Shown: positions 1 through 11,687, counted from the first letter of the stretch. The stretch: 44,624 nucleotides of DNA from an uncultured Pelagibacteraceae bacterium (GCA_902586395.1 CACIHL010000001.1:1-44624); one strand, 5' to 3'. Made by a program: numbers and translations. The notes: a model not told the origin generated them from the letters alone.

Positions 1-1682
1 AAAATAAATGCCTTATCATAAATTTTATAAATTTGATCTGCACTATAACTATTTATTGAGCATTCTATAATATCCGATCTTACTTTTTTTTCTTTCATAT
101 AAAATTTAAGCCTTTCGGAAAAAAAATTAAACAGATCTTGTTGGACAATCTTAATATCAAAATCTAAATCTTGTTCAGCAAACAAAACACAAGAATAATT
201 TATTAAATCTTTTAATTTAATCTCTAATTTATTTTCTATTATTAGTCTTATAAGACCAATTGCTGACCTTCTTAATGCGAACGGATCCTTAGAACTAGAT
301 GGTTTTAAATTTATTATAAAAAAGCCAACTAAGGTATCTATTTTATCACTTAAAGCTAAAGTGACTGAGTAAGGTTTTTTTGGTGTCTTTGTCTCTGGGC
401 CTATTGGTAAGTAATGTTCACTAATGGCCAAACAAATTTCGTTATCGAAACCTTGTGCTTTAGCAAAGTGGCCACCCATTACACCTTGAAGTTCAGGGAA
501 TTCTCCAACTAAATCAGACACCAGGTCTACTTTGCAAATAGAAGATGCTACTTCAACTTTTTCTTTACTAATTAGAAGTTCATCAGATATTAGCGATCCG
601 AGCTTTCTTAATCTTTGAGTTTTATCAAAGTAAGTTCCTAATCCTTCAAAATAATTTACGTTTTTTAGATCTGATATTCCTTTAACTAAATTTTTTGTTT
701 TATTTTTATCCCAGAAAAATTGAGCATCATTTAAACGGGCTTCGACTACTCGCTCATTTCCTAATTTAATTAAACCTTTTGGGTCGTTATTGTCTGCAAC
801 CACAAAAAAAACATTCGTTAAATTTTCTTTATTGTCAAAGGTTGGGAAATACTTTTGATGAACTTCCATAGTTGTAACTAATATTTCTTTAGGAATTTTT
901 AAAAATTTTTTGTCAAACTTACATTTAATTATATTGGGTTTTTCAACAATATTTGTTACTTCACTTAATAATTTTTTGTTTGGGGTTAACTTTAACCTGT
1001 CTAATTTAGTTTTTTTTAATAATTGATTTTCAATAAATTCCTCTCTTTTATTATGATCCAATATGATACCTTTGCTTTTGAAAAATTCCTTGTAAGTTTT
1101 AAAACTCAAAAATTTACTTGTTTTTTCCTCAAAGTCTTTGTTCAGATAAGTAAAATTGGATGAATTTAAATGATGATAGTTAAATTCTAAAACTTTATTA
1201 TCAAAACAAGCAAGAATGGATTTTAATGGTCTGCCCCAATACAAATCATGATCACCCCATCTCATTGATTTTTTCCAAGAGATTTCATCAAGAATTTTTG
1301 GTAAATTTTTTTGCAGAATAGATTTTGTCTCCACTGTTTGAGCGGGTTTTTTAAAAAAATAAAACTCTCCTTTATCTGTTTTTCTTATAAAGGTTTCTTC
1401 TTTAGTTATATTATTAGATTTTATAAAACCATTTAACGCTTGTTCAGGCGCATTTACACTTGGACCTCTTATTTCGGCCTCTGTTTTTATAATCTTTTGA
1501 GAAATATTTTCGCAATAAACAATCAACCTATTTGGAGTTGATAGAACAGAAATACTATCTTTAAATTTGATTTGCTCTTTTTTCAAAAAATCTACAAAAT
1601 TTTTTTGGATATTGTCTCTAGCTGTTTTCTGTAAAGTTGCAGGAATTTCTTCACTAAAAAGTTCTAAAAAAAATTCAGACAT
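1..1682 (-). CDS. glyS: Glycine--tRNA ligase beta subunit (3' end runs off the window)
   Basis: Not in the ORF track because there is no stop in the window. Manual translation from the ATG at 1682 gives MSEFFLELFSEEIPA, and later MRWG..WGRP, GEFPELQG.MG and SSKDPFALRR. Lies 1 bp downstream of glyQ. Confidence 0.95.
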   Translation of the reverse strand, partial: MSEFFLELFSEEIPATLQKTARDNIQKNFVDFLKKEQIKFKDSISVLSTPNRLIVYCENISQKIIKTEAEIRGPSVNAPEQALNGFIKSNNITKEETFIRKTDKGEFYFFKKPAQTVETKSILQKNLPKILDEISWKKSMRWGDHDLYWGRPLKSILACFDNKVLEFNYHHLNSSNFTYLNKDFEEKTSKFLSFKTYKEFFKSKGIILDHNKREEFIENQLLKKTKLDRLKLTPNKKLLSEVTNIVEKPNIIKCKFDKKFLKIPKEILVTTMEVHQKYFPTFDNKENLTNVFFVVADNNDPKGLIKLGNERVVEARLNDAQFFWDKNKTKNLVKGISDLKNVNYFEGLGTYFDKTQRLRKLGSLISDELLISKEKVEVASSICKVDLVSDLVGEFPELQGVMGGHFAKAQGFDNEICLAISEHYLPIGPETKTPKKPYSVTLALSDKIDTLVGFFIINLKPSSSKDPFALRRSAIGLIRLIIENKLEIKLKDLINYSCVLFAEQDLDFDIKIVQQDLFNFFSERLKFYMKEKKVRSDIIECSINSYSADQIYKIYDKAFI

Positions 1683-1683
1683 T

Positions 1684-2559
1684 TTATTTTTGGCTATCTA
1701 CCCATACTTGACCCACACCTTTGGTCAAATCTCTAATTCTAGCAATAAACTCTGCTCTTTGCGCTACGCTAATCGCACCTCTAGCATCTAAAATATTAAA
1801 AACATGACTTGCTTTTAAACACTGATCATAGGCAGGAAGTGAGAGTTTTTTTTCTAACAAAGATTTGGTTTCTTGTTCCAGCATATCGAAAAATTTAAAC
1901 AAGTTCTCAACATTTGCAAAATCAAAATTGTAAGATGAAAATTCTTTTTCAGCTTGTAAAAAAACATCTTTATAAAGAATACCTTCATCATTCCATACTA
2001 AGTCAAATACGTTTTTTTTCTTTTGGGTAAACATACATAATCGTTCTAAACCATAAGTAAGCTCTACAGAAATAGGTTTACAATCCATCCCAGCCATTTT
2101 TTGAAAATAAGTAAATTGAGTAATTTCCATTCCATCGCACCAAACCTCCCAACCTAGTCCGGCTGCACCCAATGTAGGACTTTCCCAATCATCTTCAACA
2201 AATCTAATATCATGGTCATTATGTTTTATTCCAATGGCATTAAGACTGCTTAGATATAATTTTTTAATATTTTTTGGAGACGGTTTTATAATCACTTGGA
2301 ATTGATAATAATGTTGAAGTCTATTTGGATTTTCTCCATATCTTCCATCAGTTGGTCTTCTCGAAGGTTGCACATAAGCTGATCTCCATGGTTTGGGTCC
2401 TAAAGATCTTAAGGTGGTTGCGGGGTGAAATGTACCAGCACCAACTTCTATGTCATATGGTTGTAAAATTACACAACCATTTTTTGCCCAAAATTTCTGC
2501 AGATTTAAAATTGTATCCTGGAATGTTTGTATTTTTGAGTTTTTTTTTTTAGAGGCCAT
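1684..2559 (-). CDS. glyQ: Glycine--tRNA ligase alpha subunit
   Basis: [30 protein letters not shown] and [20 protein letters not shown] motifs. Start moved to the ATG at 2559 (MASKKK), an 11-bp overlap with the S49 peptidase gene. Confidence 0.97.
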   Translation of the reverse strand: MASKKKNSKIQTFQDTILNLQKFWAKNGCVILQPYDIEVGAGTFHPATTLRSLGPKPWRSAYVQPSRRPTDGRYGENPNRLQHYYQFQVIIKPSPKNIKKLYLSSLNAIGIKHNDHDIRFVEDDWESPTLGAAGLGWEVWCDGMEITQFTYFQKMAGMDCKPISVELTYGLERLCMFTQKKKNVFDLVWNDEGILYKDVFLQAEKEFSSYNFDFANVENLFKFFDMLEQETKSLLEKKLSLPAYDQCLKASHVFNILDARGAISVAQRAEFIARIRDLTKGVGQVWVDSQK

Positions 2560-3355
2560 ATCTTTGCCAGATAGATCTTTCTTCAATTACGTTTGCTATC
2601 TTATCGATTTGATTCTCTGATGAAATTCTTTTTGCCAGCCATCCTTTGCTTTTTTCAAACTTTTTAATAATAACACCGTCACCAAACTTATCTTTTAAAA
2701 TTTGATTTGCATTTCCTATACCGTCAATTAAGCCAAGTTCTTTTGATTTAGACCCAGACCAAAACTCTCCAGAAAATAATTCTATTCCTTTATCTTTTTT
2801 AAGTTTTGCACCCCTGCTTGTCTCTACTACGTTTATAAAATCTTTGTGCAAATCAAGTTGAATATTTTTTAATCTATTTATATCTTCTTCTTTCGCATCC
2901 ACAAAAGGATCTAAAGTACTTTTGTTTTTTCCTGCAGTATAAACTCTTCTTTCTACACCTACCTTTTGAATAAGATCCTTGAAACCAAAAGAAGCATAAA
3001 TAACACCAATTGAACCAACAATTGAACTTGAATTAGCATAAATCTCATCTCCGGCACATGCAATCAAGTAACCTCCTGAGGCAGCAACATCTTCTGCAAA
3101 AACGATTACCCTTTTTTTATTTTTTTTGGCCTGAGCTCTAATGAAGTCGTATATTAAGTGAGATTGGACTGGTGAACCACCTGGAGAATTAATCGATATA
3201 GCAACAGCTAGAGATTTTTTTATAGAAAATGCTTTTTTTATTAATTCCTCTTGCCCAGCAAAATCAATTCCTTGCTTAAATCTTCCGGCGTTTCCAATAA
3301 CACCAGTTAATCTTATGTGGGGAACGATTTTTTTTTTTTTGAAAAAAGATAACAT
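2549..3355 (-). CDS. sppA: S49 family peptidase (short SppA/SohB-like)
   Basis: [14 protein letters not shown] and GSIGV motifs of S49 signal-peptide peptidases. Confidence 0.9.
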   Translation of the reverse strand: MLSFFKKKKIVPHIRLTGVIGNAGRFKQGIDFAGQEELIKKAFSIKKSLAVAISINSPGGSPVQSHLIYDFIRAQAKKNKKRVIVFAEDVAASGGYLIACAGDEIYANSSSIVGSIGVIYASFGFKDLIQKVGVERRVYTAGKNKSTLDPFVDAKEEDINRLKNIQLDLHKDFINVVETSRGAKLKKDKGIELFSGEFWSGSKSKELGLIDGIGNANQILKDKFGDGVIIKKFEKSKGWLAKRISSENQIDKIANVIEERSIWQRYGL

Positions 3356-3466
3356 GAAGTATGCTTATAGAATTTTTAGATTAATATAAAGTCTACTAAT
3401 AGTTGAAGTTTTAGGTGCGTCAATTGATAAGTATAAAATATCTCCAATTATATTAGTTTCTAAGCG

Positions 3467-4480
3467 ATGGGTTCAGTAATTCAATTAAAAAATAAAGTTA
3501 ATAACGCTTACCTGGATTTAAAAAATTCAGTTGATGATAAAATTATTTTAGTAGAAGAAAAGATAAAGAATAAACTTATAAGTGATGTGTCTTTAGTAGA
3601 AAAGATGACTAGCTATAATTTAGAAACTGGTGGAAAAAAATTAAGAGCCATGTTGACTTTAAGTAGTTCAAAACTATGTGGGTACCTAAAAGGTGGTCGA
3701 GATATAAACTTAGCTGCATGCGTAGAATTAATTCACGCTGCAACATTAATGCACGATGATGTTCTCGATAACGGAGAGATCAGAAGAGGAAAAAAAACAA
3801 TAAATTCCATTTGGGGAAATCACGCATCAATCTTAGTTGGTGATTATCTTTTAAGTAGATGTTTTGAAATGATGGTTGAAGATGGAAATTTGGAGGTTTT
3901 AAGATTACTATCAGCAACTTCTGCAAAAATAGCCCAAGGTGAAGTTTTACAACTTCAACACAAATCAGAAATAGATACAGTCGAAGAGACCTACTTAAAG
4001 ATTATCACCTCCAAAACTGCAGCGCTATTTTCTGCTGCATGCAAGGTTGGAGCGATATTGGGTAATAAAGATGAAAAGGTAAAAGAAGCATTATCTTCTT
4101 ATGGAAAAAATCTTGGAGTAACTTTTCAGATAGCCGATGATACATTAGATTATAATTCTGATCTGAAAAAATTTGGAAAAACAATTGGAAAAGATTTTTA
4201 TGAGGGTAAAATCACTTTGCCTATAATTATTTTAAATCAGCAATGTAAAAGTGGTGAGAGAGATATGCTTAAAGAATTTTTTTCCAAAAGAGAAAGATCT
4301 GAAAACGACCTAAAGTACACATTAGATATCATAAAAAAATATGACATTATTAAACAATGTTACAAAAAAGCTGATCATTTTATCTCTTTAGCATCTAGCT
4401 CTTTAAATGTCTTTGATAGTTCTGAGCAAAAAAATATTCTGAAAAATTTGACATCTTTTAGTATTGAAAGATCTTTTTAA
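3467..4480 (+). CDS. ispB: Long-chain polyprenyl diphosphate synthase
   Basis: GGKKLR, ELIHAATLMHDDVLD..RRG and FQIADD motifs. Confidence 0.93.
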   Translation: MGSVIQLKNKVNNAYLDLKNSVDDKIILVEEKIKNKLISDVSLVEKMTSYNLETGGKKLRAMLTLSSSKLCGYLKGGRDINLAACVELIHAATLMHDDVLDNGEIRRGKKTINSIWGNHASILVGDYLLSRCFEMMVEDGNLEVLRLLSATSAKIAQGEVLQLQHKSEIDTVEETYLKIITSKTAALFSAACKVGAILGNKDEKVKEALSSYGKNLGVTFQIADDTLDYNSDLKKFGKTIGKDFYEGKITLPIIILNQQCKSGERDMLKEFFSKRERSENDLKYTLDIIKKYDIIKQCYKKADHFISLASSSLNVFDSSEQKNILKNLTSFSIERSF

Positions 4481-5103
4481 GGATTTAATAAAAATCTTTT
4501 CCAACCTTTTCCATTGTTCTTAACGTATTTCAATCTTTCATGAATTCTATTATCTCCATCACGCCAAAACTCAATTTCTTCAGGTACCAATCGCCATCCA
4601 GACCAATTAGGTGGTCTTGGAACTTTTTTCTCATCACGAAACTTTTTTTTGAATTTTTCAATTGAGTCATCAAGTGACTTTCTGCTTTCTAAAACTTCAC
4701 TTTGATTTGAGGCCCACGCTCCTATTCTACTCCCATATGCTCTTGAATTGTAATATTTATCAGCTTCTTTGTCAGAAACTTGAACAACATTACCGTAAAT
4801 CCTAATTTGTCTTAAAAGACTTTTCCAATGAAAACACATTGATGCCTTAGGGTTTTCTTTAAGATCCTTGCCTTTAGAACTATTGAAGTTTGTGTAAAAA
4901 GTAAAACCATCATCACTAAAGCCTTTTAAGAGAACCATTCTCACTTTAGGTCTCCCACTTTTGTCAGCTGTTGCTAATGATAACGCATTTGGATCATTAG
5001 GTTCGGTGGTTTCAGCCTTTTTAAACCATTCTTTAAAGAGATTTACTGGGTTATCCTCATCTTTAAAACAAATATCTAGTCCAAGTGAATTTTTTTCATT
5101 CAT
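4477..5103 (-). CDS. pdxH: Pyridoxine/pyridoxamine 5'-phosphate oxidase
   Basis: RMVLLKG, FYTN, RQIRI and EFW..G.NRIHER motifs. Start moved to the ATG at 5103 (MNEKNS) to avoid overlapping aroC. Confidence 0.95.
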   Translation of the reverse strand: MNEKNSLGLDICFKDEDNPVNLFKEWFKKAETTEPNDPNALSLATADKSGRPKVRMVLLKGFSDDGFTFYTNFNSSKGKDLKENPKASMCFHWKSLLRQIRIYGNVVQVSDKEADKYYNSRAYGSRIGAWASNQSEVLESRKSLDDSIEKFKKKFRDEKKVPRPPNWSGWRLVPEEIEFWRDGDNRIHERLKYVKNNGKGWKRFLLNP

Positions 5104-5123
5104 AATTTTAACAAAATAATTTA

Positions 5124-5135
5124 TATAATAGAATA
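5124..5135 (+). promoter_or_regulatory. Putative -10 box for a leaderless aroC transcript
   Basis: TATAAT at 5124-5129 is followed by 6 nt and then the ATG at 5136, with no SD. Lies in a 32-bp divergent gap. Confidence 0.5.
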
Positions 5136-6221
5136 ATGTCATTTAATACATTTGGAAAGTTATTTCGTTTCACTACGTGGGGTGAATCTCATGGACCAGC
5201 CATTGGATGTGTAGTTGATGGATGTCCTCCGAGAATAAAAATATCTGAAAAAGACATACAAAAAGAACTAAATAAGAGAAAACCTGGTCAATCTAAATTT
5301 ACTACTCAAAGAAAAGAAGATGATAAAGTTGAAATCTTGTCAGGAGTATTTAATGGTGAGACAACTGGTACACCAATATTAATGATTATTTACAATAAGG
5401 ATATGAAATCAAGAGACTATGAGACTATCAAAAATAAATTTCGTCCTGGACACGCTGATCTAACTTATTTTAAAAAATACGGCATAAGAGACTTCAGAGG
5501 AGGTGGTAGGCAATCAGCGAGAGAGACTGCAGCTAGGGTAGCTGCGGGTGCAATTGCAAAAAAAGTTTTAGAAAAAAAAATTGGGAAAAAATATTACGTT
5601 AAAGGTGCGGTTATCCAACTTGGGATTTTGGGTTGTGATGTATCTGCATGGAACAATAAATTTATAGAAAAAAATCCATTTTTCTGTCCTGACAAAAAAG
5701 TTTTAAAATTGTGGGAAAAATATTTACTAGCAATTCGAAAATCTGGCTCATCTTGTGGTGCAGTCATAGAATTAAGAGCTAACGGAGTGCCATCTGGACT
5801 AGGTGCGCCTATTTACTCAAAATTAGATATGGATTTAGCCTCAGCTATGATGAGTATCAATGCTGTAAAAGGAGTCAATATCGGAACTGGAATGGATGTT
5901 GCTCAATTAACAGGTGAACAGAATTCTGATGAGATTAGACAAAAAGGGAATAAAACGATTTTTAAATCTAACAATGCGGGTGGAATTCTTGGTGGTATTT
6001 CAAGTGGTCAACAAATAAAAGTATCTTTTGCGGTAAAACCAACATCTTCCATACTTAACTCAAGAAAAACTATTGATAAATTTGGAAAAAATACAAACAT
6101 ATCAGTTCGAGGTCGCCATGATCCTTGTGTTGGAATTAGAGCAGTTCCAATAGGTGAAGCGATGATGCATTGTGTTTTATTGGATCATTTTTTGATGCAC
6201 AAAGCCCAATGCGAGTCTTAA
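5136..6221 (+). CDS. aroC: Chorismate synthase
   Basis: [24 protein letters not shown] and RGRHDPC motifs. Confidence 0.98.
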   Translation: MSFNTFGKLFRFTTWGESHGPAIGCVVDGCPPRIKISEKDIQKELNKRKPGQSKFTTQRKEDDKVEILSGVFNGETTGTPILMIIYNKDMKSRDYETIKNKFRPGHADLTYFKKYGIRDFRGGGRQSARETAARVAAGAIAKKVLEKKIGKKYYVKGAVIQLGILGCDVSAWNNKFIEKNPFFCPDKKVLKLWEKYLLAIRKSGSSCGAVIELRANGVPSGLGAPIYSKLDMDLASAMMSINAVKGVNIGTGMDVAQLTGEQNSDEIRQKGNKTIFKSNNAGGILGGISSGQQIKVSFAVKPTSSILNSRKTIDKFGKNTNISVRGRHDPCVGIRAVPIGEAMMHCVLLDHFLMHKAQCES

Positions 6222-8125
6222 TTTTTTTTCTGAACAACAACTTTAGAGTCCAAAACCTCATAAACTTTTTCTTCGATAGCTTTGCTATCCAGGCCAGCAA
6301 TCTGATACATTAGATCAGGTTTATCTTGATCAATAAACTTGTCAGGAAAAGTCATCGACCTAAATTTAATTTTTTCTAATAAACCTTTTTCTGATAAAAA
6401 TTTACTTAAATGAGATCCAAAACCTCCGATTGAACCTTCTTCAACTGAAATAACAACTTCATGATTTTTTGCTGTATTCCACATTAGATTTTCATCTAGT
6501 GGTTTACAAAATCTTGAGTCAATTAAGGTAAGATTTAAACCTTTTTTTTCAAGATTGTTTAAAGCTTTTTGGCATTCTTGCAAACGGGCACCAAAATTAA
6601 TTAAAGCAATTTCTTTACCCTCTTTAATAACCCTGCCTTTTCCAATTTCAATTTTTTCATTAATTTCTGGAAGTTTAATCCCAATACCAGTTCCACGAGG
6701 GTACCTAAAAGCTGACGGTTTATCATTAATGTCAACTGAAGTATTAATCATTTTAACTAATTCCGACTCATCGCTTGGAGCCATAACTACAAAATTAGGT
6801 AAAGTTGATAAGTAGGTTATATCAAAAGATCCGGCATGTGTAGGACCGTCCGCACCAACAAGACCTGCACGGTCTATAGCGAATCTAACAGGTAAACTTT
6901 GAATTGCTACATCGTGAACAACCTGATCATAGGCTCTTTGTAAAAAGGTAGAGTAAATTGCTGCATAAGGCTTGAATCCTTCTGTAGCTAAACCAGCAGA
7001 AAATGTCACTGCATGTTGTTCTGCAATACCAACATCAAACATTCTATTTGGAAATTTTTTTGCAAATAAATCCATTCCAGTACCAGATGGCATCGCAGCA
7101 GTGATACCAATTATTTTACTATCTCTCTCAGCGTGTTTAATTAACGTATTTGCAAAAACACTTGTATATGATGGAATTTTAGAACTTGATTTTTCTTGTA
7201 CTCCAGTTTTTATGTTAAACTTCGAAACACCATGGTATTTGTCTTTTGAATTTTCTGCAAATTGATAACCTTTTCCTTTTTCAGTTTTAATATGTATCAT
7301 TATTGGACCTTCAAAGTTAGTATCTTTTGCATTTTTTAAAACTGAAACAAGAGTATCAATATCATGTCCGTCTATTGGTCCAACATAATAAAAACCTAGT
7401 GAATTAAAAAGTGTCCCACCTGTTACTGCTGATCTCAGAAAATCTTCTGCTTTTCCAGCTTTTTTTGAAAATCTTTTGGAAAAGGCAGAAATAATTAATT
7501 TAAACGTCTCTCTTAGACTAAAATATATTTTCCCAGTCAATAATTTTGCTAAATAACTTCTCATTGCACCCACAGGTTCTGCAATTGACATGTCGTTATC
7601 ATTTAAAATTACTATCATTTTAGTTTTTGATATGCCCGCATTGTTCATTGCCTCATAAGCCATTCCAGCACTGATCGCTCCATCGCCAATAACAGCAACA
7701 ACGTTTTCTGATTTTTTTGAAAGTTTATTTGCAGTAGCAATACCTAAAGCTGCAGAAATTGATGTAGAACTATGTGCTGCACCAAATGGGTCATATTCAC
7801 TTTCAGATCTTTTTGTGAAACCAGATAGTCCATTTCCTTGTCTAAGTGTTTTGATTCTATTTTTACGACCTGTTAAAATTTTATGAGGATACGATTGGTG
7901 GCCGACATCCCAAACTATTTTATCATTAGGTGTATCAAAAACATGGTGTAAGGCTACCGTCAACTCAACAACTCCTAAACCTGCACCTAAATGACCACCT
8001 GTAAATGAAACAGCCTCTATCAATTCCTCTCTTAACTCCTTTGACAGTGTAATCAATTCTGAGGATTTGAAATTTTTTATATCCGATGGAAAATTTACAT
8101 TATCTAAAAACTTATATTTTGTCAT
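6218..8125 (-). CDS. dxs: 1-deoxy-D-xylulose-5-phosphate synthase
   Basis: [33 protein letters not shown] and [10 protein letters not shown] motifs. Confidence 0.98.
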   Translation of the reverse strand: MTKYKFLDNVNFPSDIKNFKSSELITLSKELREELIEAVSFTGGHLGAGLGVVELTVALHHVFDTPNDKIVWDVGHQSYPHKILTGRKNRIKTLRQGNGLSGFTKRSESEYDPFGAAHSSTSISAALGIATANKLSKKSENVVAVIGDGAISAGMAYEAMNNAGISKTKMIVILNDNDMSIAEPVGAMRSYLAKLLTGKIYFSLRETFKLIISAFSKRFSKKAGKAEDFLRSAVTGGTLFNSLGFYYVGPIDGHDIDTLVSVLKNAKDTNFEGPIMIHIKTEKGKGYQFAENSKDKYHGVSKFNIKTGVQEKSSSKIPSYTSVFANTLIKHAERDSKIIGITAAMPSGTGMDLFAKKFPNRMFDVGIAEQHAVTFSAGLATEGFKPYAAIYSTFLQRAYDQVVHDVAIQSLPVRFAIDRAGLVGADGPTHAGSFDITYLSTLPNFVVMAPSDESELVKMINTSVDINDKPSAFRYPRGTGIGIKLPEINEKIEIGKGRVIKEGKEIALINFGARLQECQKALNNLEKKGLNLTLIDSRFCKPLDENLMWNTAKNHEVVISVEEGSIGGFGSHLSKFLSEKGLLEKIKFRSMTFPDKFIDQDKPDLMYQIAGLDSKAIEEKVYEVLDSKVVVQKKN

Positions 8126-8985
8126 TTTTTTCTATTTACCACAAACTCTACAGTTTCAATCAAATCTTTACTTTTATACTTACTTAAAGAAGAAATTATT
8201 CTATTTTTTAAATAAGAAGAATATTTAACAGCATTTTTATACCCGAGTAAACTTATTAAAGTCGCCTTGCCCTTTTTTTTGTCTTTTCCAGTTTTTTTTC
8301 CAATCTTTTTCTCACTTCCACTGTAATCTAGAAAATCATCAATAATTTGAAATAAAAGTCCAATATCTAAACCTATCTTTTTAAACTGATTTATCTTCCC
8401 AAACTTATTAGCAATAATCAACGGCGCTATAGTGGAAAATGAAAAAAGTTTACCAGTTTTATTAAGCTGCATATCTATAATTTTTTTTTTACTTACTCTT
8501 TTTTTTTCAAAATTAAGATCTAAATATTGGCCCCCTGCAATTCCTAAATGACCTGAAGTATTTGAGAGTAAATTTATTAATCTACTTTTTTTATTTTCAC
8601 TAATATTGAAACTTTTTTCGCTTAAAATTTCAAAGGCTAATGTAAGCAGTGAATTCCCAGCTAGGACTGCTGTTGCTTCACCAAATTTTTTGTGCGTGCT
8701 TAACTTTCCTCTTCTTAAATCGTCATTATCCATACACGGCAAATCATCGTGTATAAGTGAATATGCATGAATACATTCCACTGCAGCTCCTACTCTTATT
8801 AAATGATAATAAGGTACTGAAAAAATTTTTCCTACATCAACAATGATCTTTGATCTTATTTTTTTTCCACCAGGAAATAAACCATAATTCATTGAAGTGA
8901 TTAATTCAGTTCTTCTCTGTTTTTTTAAAAAATTCTTGAGAAATTTATTTATATCTTTTCCTGTTTTATTTAGTTTTTTTTCCAT
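8122..8985 (-). CDS. ispA: Farnesyl diphosphate synthase
   Basis: [26 protein letters not shown] and FQIIDD motifs; xseB-ispA-dxs synteny. Confidence 0.95.
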   Translation of the reverse strand: MEKKLNKTGKDINKFLKNFLKKQRRTELITSMNYGLFPGGKKIRSKIIVDVGKIFSVPYYHLIRVGAAVECIHAYSLIHDDLPCMDNDDLRRGKLSTHKKFGEATAVLAGNSLLTLAFEILSEKSFNISENKKSRLINLLSNTSGHLGIAGGQYLDLNFEKKRVSKKKIIDMQLNKTGKLFSFSTIAPLIIANKFGKINQFKKIGLDIGLLFQIIDDFLDYSGSEKKIGKKTGKDKKKGKATLISLLGYKNAVKYSSYLKNRIISSLSKYKSKDLIETVEFVVNRKK

Positions 8986-9217
8986 CTTTTTTAAGAATTT
9001 GTTTTATTTTTAATTTGTTTTTTTCAGATATTTCTCTTGAAGTATTTTGAAACTTTTTTTCAATAAATTTATTTAATTTAAATATTTCAAGATAATCCTC
9101 TTCGGATTGATTTTGAGCTTTATTTTTTTCAATTTTTTCAACCAAATTATTAAGAATTTCTTTAAGTTCATCTAAAGATTTAGACTCAATATCATCTGGT
9201 AAATTTTTTTGTTTCAT
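8966..9217 (-). CDS. Small coiled-coil protein, divergent exonuclease VII small subunit-like
   Basis: 83 aa helical protein in the xseB position upstream of ispA-dxs. Similarity to the XseB consensus is weak. Confidence 0.55.
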   Translation of the reverse strand: MKQKNLPDDIESKSLDELKEILNNLVEKIEKNKAQNQSEEDYLEIFKLNKFIEKKFQNTSREISEKNKLKIKQILKKDGKKTK

Positions 9218-9237
9218 ATATTAGTTTGTATTATTAC

Positions 9238-10170
9238 ATGAATTATAATCTTTCAAATATTAAAAAAGCTAAATATTATTTAGATAAAAATGAATGTATT
9301 GGGTTTCCGACTGAAACTGTTTATGGTTTAGCGGCTAATGCTTATTCAAAAAAGGCTACCTTAAAAATATTCAAACTTAAGAAAAGAAATAAAAGAAATC
9401 CACTCATAGTGCATTATTCTAGCTTAAAAATGCTTAATAACGACTGTATGATTAATGAAGAATTTTTAAAGTTATATAAAAAATATTGTCCAGGACCTAT
9501 TACATTTGTTTTAAAATTAAAAAAAAATAGTAATATTTCAAAAATCGTAACTAATAATAAAAAAACACTAGCTGTTAGGTTTCCTAGTCATCATCTGGCT
9601 ATTAAACTTTTAAACATATTGAAATATCCTCTAGCGGCACCAAGTGCAAATATATCCTCAAAAATAAGTCCGGTAGCAAAAGAAGATGTAAAGGAAGAAT
9701 TTGGAGAAAGAATTAAATTTATTCTTGACGGCGGTAGATCTAAAATCGGATTAGAGTCTACTATAGTTAGTTTATTAGGAAAACCAAAAATATTAAGGCT
9801 AGGAGGAATTGAAAGAAAAAGGATTAACAAAATTTTGAGAAAAAAAATCCTTTATAAAAAAAATGATAAAACAATTGTTGTCCCGGGACAATTAAGTTTA
9901 CACTATTCACCTGGAATACCTATAAAGCTAAATAAGAAAAAACCAAAAGAAAATGAAGCTTTTATTTTAATAAAAAAAAGAAAAATAACTTCAAAGAATT
10001 ATTATTATTTAAGTAAAAAAAAAGATTTAAAAGAAGCTGCAAAAAATTTGTATAAAGTTTTAAGAAATATTAAAAATAAAAATTATAAAAGTATTGCTGT
10101 AGAAAAAATTCCCAATTATGGATTTGGGGAAGCAATTAATGAAAGACTTAAAAGGGCTTCAGCAAAGTAA
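9238..10170 (+). CDS. sua5: L-threonylcarbamoyladenylate synthase (Sua5-type, with C-terminal domain)
   Basis: FPTETVYGLAA, K.R...NPLIVH, APSAN.S, GLESTI and PGQ...HYSP motifs. Start at ATG 9238. Confidence 0.95.
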   Translation: MNYNLSNIKKAKYYLDKNECIGFPTETVYGLAANAYSKKATLKIFKLKKRNKRNPLIVHYSSLKMLNNDCMINEEFLKLYKKYCPGPITFVLKLKKNSNISKIVTNNKKTLAVRFPSHHLAIKLLNILKYPLAAPSANISSKISPVAKEDVKEEFGERIKFILDGGRSKIGLESTIVSLLGKPKILRLGGIERKRINKILRKKILYKKNDKTIVVPGQLSLHYSPGIPIKLNKKKPKENEAFILIKKRKITSKNYYYLSKKKDLKEAAKNLYKVLRNIKNKNYKSIAVEKIPNYGFGEAINERLKRASAK

Positions 10171-10892
10171 TGGAAAGTTCAATAAAAGTAATTGATCTAA
10201 AAAAGAATTATGGAAATAAAGAAGCGGTTAAGAATATTAATTTTGAAATTCAAGAAAACGAGATAATTGGGTTGCTTGGTCCTAATGGATGTGGGAAAAC
10301 TACTACTATAGGAATGATTTTAGGTTTATTAAAACCTACAAGTGGGCAAGTTTTGATTAATGGCTTTCAACTAGAAAAAAATAGAATTGAGATTCTTCAA
10401 AAGATAAATTTTATTTCTCCTTATATTGAATTACCAAAGAAACTTACAGTTAAGCAGAATCTAATTGTTTATGGAAAACTGTATTCTGTCAAAAACTTGA
10501 ATAGTAGAATAGATTATTTGGTAGAAGAACTGAGATTACAAAATTTGCTTGATAGAGTGACCGGAGAATTATCTTCAGGGCAAAAAAATAGAATAAGCTT
10601 AGCTAAAGCGATTATCAATAATCCATCTGTCTTATTGCTCGATGAACCTACAGCTTCACTTGATCCAGAAACGGGAGATTTTGTAAGAACCTTTTTAGAA
10701 AATTATAAAAAAGAAAAAAAGGTATCTATATTATTAGCATCCCATAATATGGATGAAGTAACTAGATTGTGTTCATCAATAATGATGATGAAAAATGGTT
10801 TAATAATTGATCAAGGTAAACCAAATGATCTAGTCAAAAAACATGGAAGACAAAATCTAGAGGAAGTTTTTTTAAAACTTGTAAGGAATTAA
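10170..10892 (+). CDS. ABC exporter ATP-binding subunit
   Basis: Walker A GPNGCGKT, signature LSSGQ, Walker B LLLDEPT and an H-loop. Confidence 0.93.
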   Translation: MESSIKVIDLKKNYGNKEAVKNINFEIQENEIIGLLGPNGCGKTTTIGMILGLLKPTSGQVLINGFQLEKNRIEILQKINFISPYIELPKKLTVKQNLIVYGKLYSVKNLNSRIDYLVEELRLQNLLDRVTGELSSGQKNRISLAKAIINNPSVLLLDEPTASLDPETGDFVRTFLENYKKEKKVSILLASHNMDEVTRLCSSIMMMKNGLIIDQGKPNDLVKKHGRQNLEEVFLKLVRN

Positions 10893-10893
10893 T

Positions 10894-11685
10894 ATGAATA
10901 TAGGTAGAATGTATGGATTGTTCTTAAGGCACTTTTTTTTAATAACTAGGTCTTTTCCGAGAATTTTAGATCTAATATATTGGCCAACAATACAAATTAC
11001 TTTATGGGGTTTCATCTCAAATTTTTTTACAACATACAGCTCGTATTATAATAATGCTGTTGGAATAATATTAACATGTGCGATACTTTATGATTTTCTA
11101 TTTAGAACAAGTATCGGGTTTAACATGCTTTTTTTAGAGGAAATCTGGAGTAGAAATTTTACAAATTTATTCATCTCACCAATAAAAAAAAGTGAAATTT
11201 TAATTTCATTAATATTCACAGCTTTAGTTAGAGCTTTAATCGGTTTAGTTCCTGCAATTCTTTTAACTTCTCCTCTATTTGGAATTTCTATATTAGATTT
11301 AGGTTTAAGTTTATTTTTTTTATTTCTTAGTCTCTACATTTTTGGAATAACGCTAGGTATACTAGTTTCTTCTGGTCTACTTAGGTTTGGCCCTTCATTT
11401 GAAAATATTGCCTGGTCAACTATGTTTCTGTTGGCTCCTTTTGGATGTATTTATTATCCTGTAGATATATTACCTGAAATATTTCAAAAAATTGCTTATG
11501 CACTACCACTCGTATACATATTTGAGGAGGCTAGAAATATTTTAGTCAATGGATTTGTAAATGTAGAAAATATTTTTAAAGCATTTTATCTAAATGGATT
11601 ATATTTATTTATCTCCATTTGCCTATTTTACTACTCTTTCAGTAAAGCCCGTAAAAAGGGAACATTAATTAATATAGGGGAATAA
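10894..11685 (+). CDS. ABC-2 type exporter permease
   Basis: About 6 hydrophobic segments, a YYPV..LP..FQ...ALP ABC-2 motif, and position next to the ATPase. Confidence 0.88.
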   Translation: MNIGRMYGLFLRHFFLITRSFPRILDLIYWPTIQITLWGFISNFFTTYSSYYNNAVGIILTCAILYDFLFRTSIGFNMLFLEEIWSRNFTNLFISPIKKSEILISLIFTALVRALIGLVPAILLTSPLFGISILDLGLSLFFLFLSLYIFGITLGILVSSGLLRFGPSFENIAWSTMFLLAPFGCIYYPVDILPEIFQKIAYALPLVYIFEEARNILVNGFVNVENIFKAFYLNGLYLFISICLFYYSFSKARKKGTLINIGE

Positions 11686-11687
11686 TT

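Noticed and set aside
3328-3340. T13 tract at the 5' end of sppA (and T11 in glyQ) as phase-variation sites
   Set aside because: Both are in frame and encode Lys runs in housekeeping genes; such tracts are common at this AT content.
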